A stretch of DNA of 64,000 nt from contig JASFQK010000025.1 in NCBI GenBank assembly GCA_050115495.1, forward strand, positions 30,462-94,461. Reading direction: 5' to 3'. Made by a program: the position numbers and the translations under genes. Numbering within the stretch: the stretch's first letter is position 1; each line of letters starts with the position of its first letter. The stretch is from Phycisphaerae bacterium (lineage in GTDB: Bacteria; Planctomycetota; Phycisphaerae; UBA1845; Fen-1342). The notes under the pieces were generated by a model that saw nothing but the letters and a program-made list of their open reading frames with translations, was not told the DNA's origin and searched no databases. Positions 63,910 to 64,000 of this stretch are shown piece after piece.

Positions 63910-63979
63910 AAAAAAGGCGGCGTACTCTCGGGATCAAGATTGGTTCCGAGCCGCCCACGCTGGGCAGAGGAGTACGCCG
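63910..63979 (-). terminator. Branched hairpin followed by T6 (terminator or 3' end of a structured RNA)
   Basis: 10-bp closing stem CGGCGTACTC/GAGTACGCCG enclosing two hairpins; A6 on the + strand at 63910-63915. Confidence 0.5.
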
Positions 63980-64000
63980 ATGCACGAGAGTAACGACGCG

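Overview
A high-GC bacterial chromosomal segment, most consistent with Planctomycetota (Phycisphaerae-like). That call rests on the giant secretin, the PEP-CTERM protein, the Cys-containing dockerin tail and the REP-like repeat style. The centrepiece is a minus-strand type II secretion/pilus-like operon (gspF-G-H-I-J-K, a PilM-PilN fusion and a PilO/GspM-like gene) with no ATPase gene. It ends in a ~4316-aa secretin with about 41 Secretin_N-type repeats, followed by a lipoprotein, an orphan mreD, a lipoprotein hydrolase and a CBS protein. The rest is mostly housekeeping: accB/accC, a DEAD-box helicase, batD/E, rocD, rnd, rpsB-tsf, fliM, comF, xseB, dnaE2, murQ and arfB. Accessory items include a cohesin/HYR/dockerin surface protein, a radical SAM-SPASM enzyme, and an unknown HTH-like protein divergent from a PEP-CTERM gene. 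The promoters of the two surface-protein genes share a GACA-N14-TGTC/TACAAT architecture. There are several REP-like repeat clusters and an unannotated 24-aa hydrophobic sORF with a strong RBS upstream of arfB. No rRNA, tRNA, CRISPR array or transposase gene was recognised. All calls are by eye; no database searches were run.
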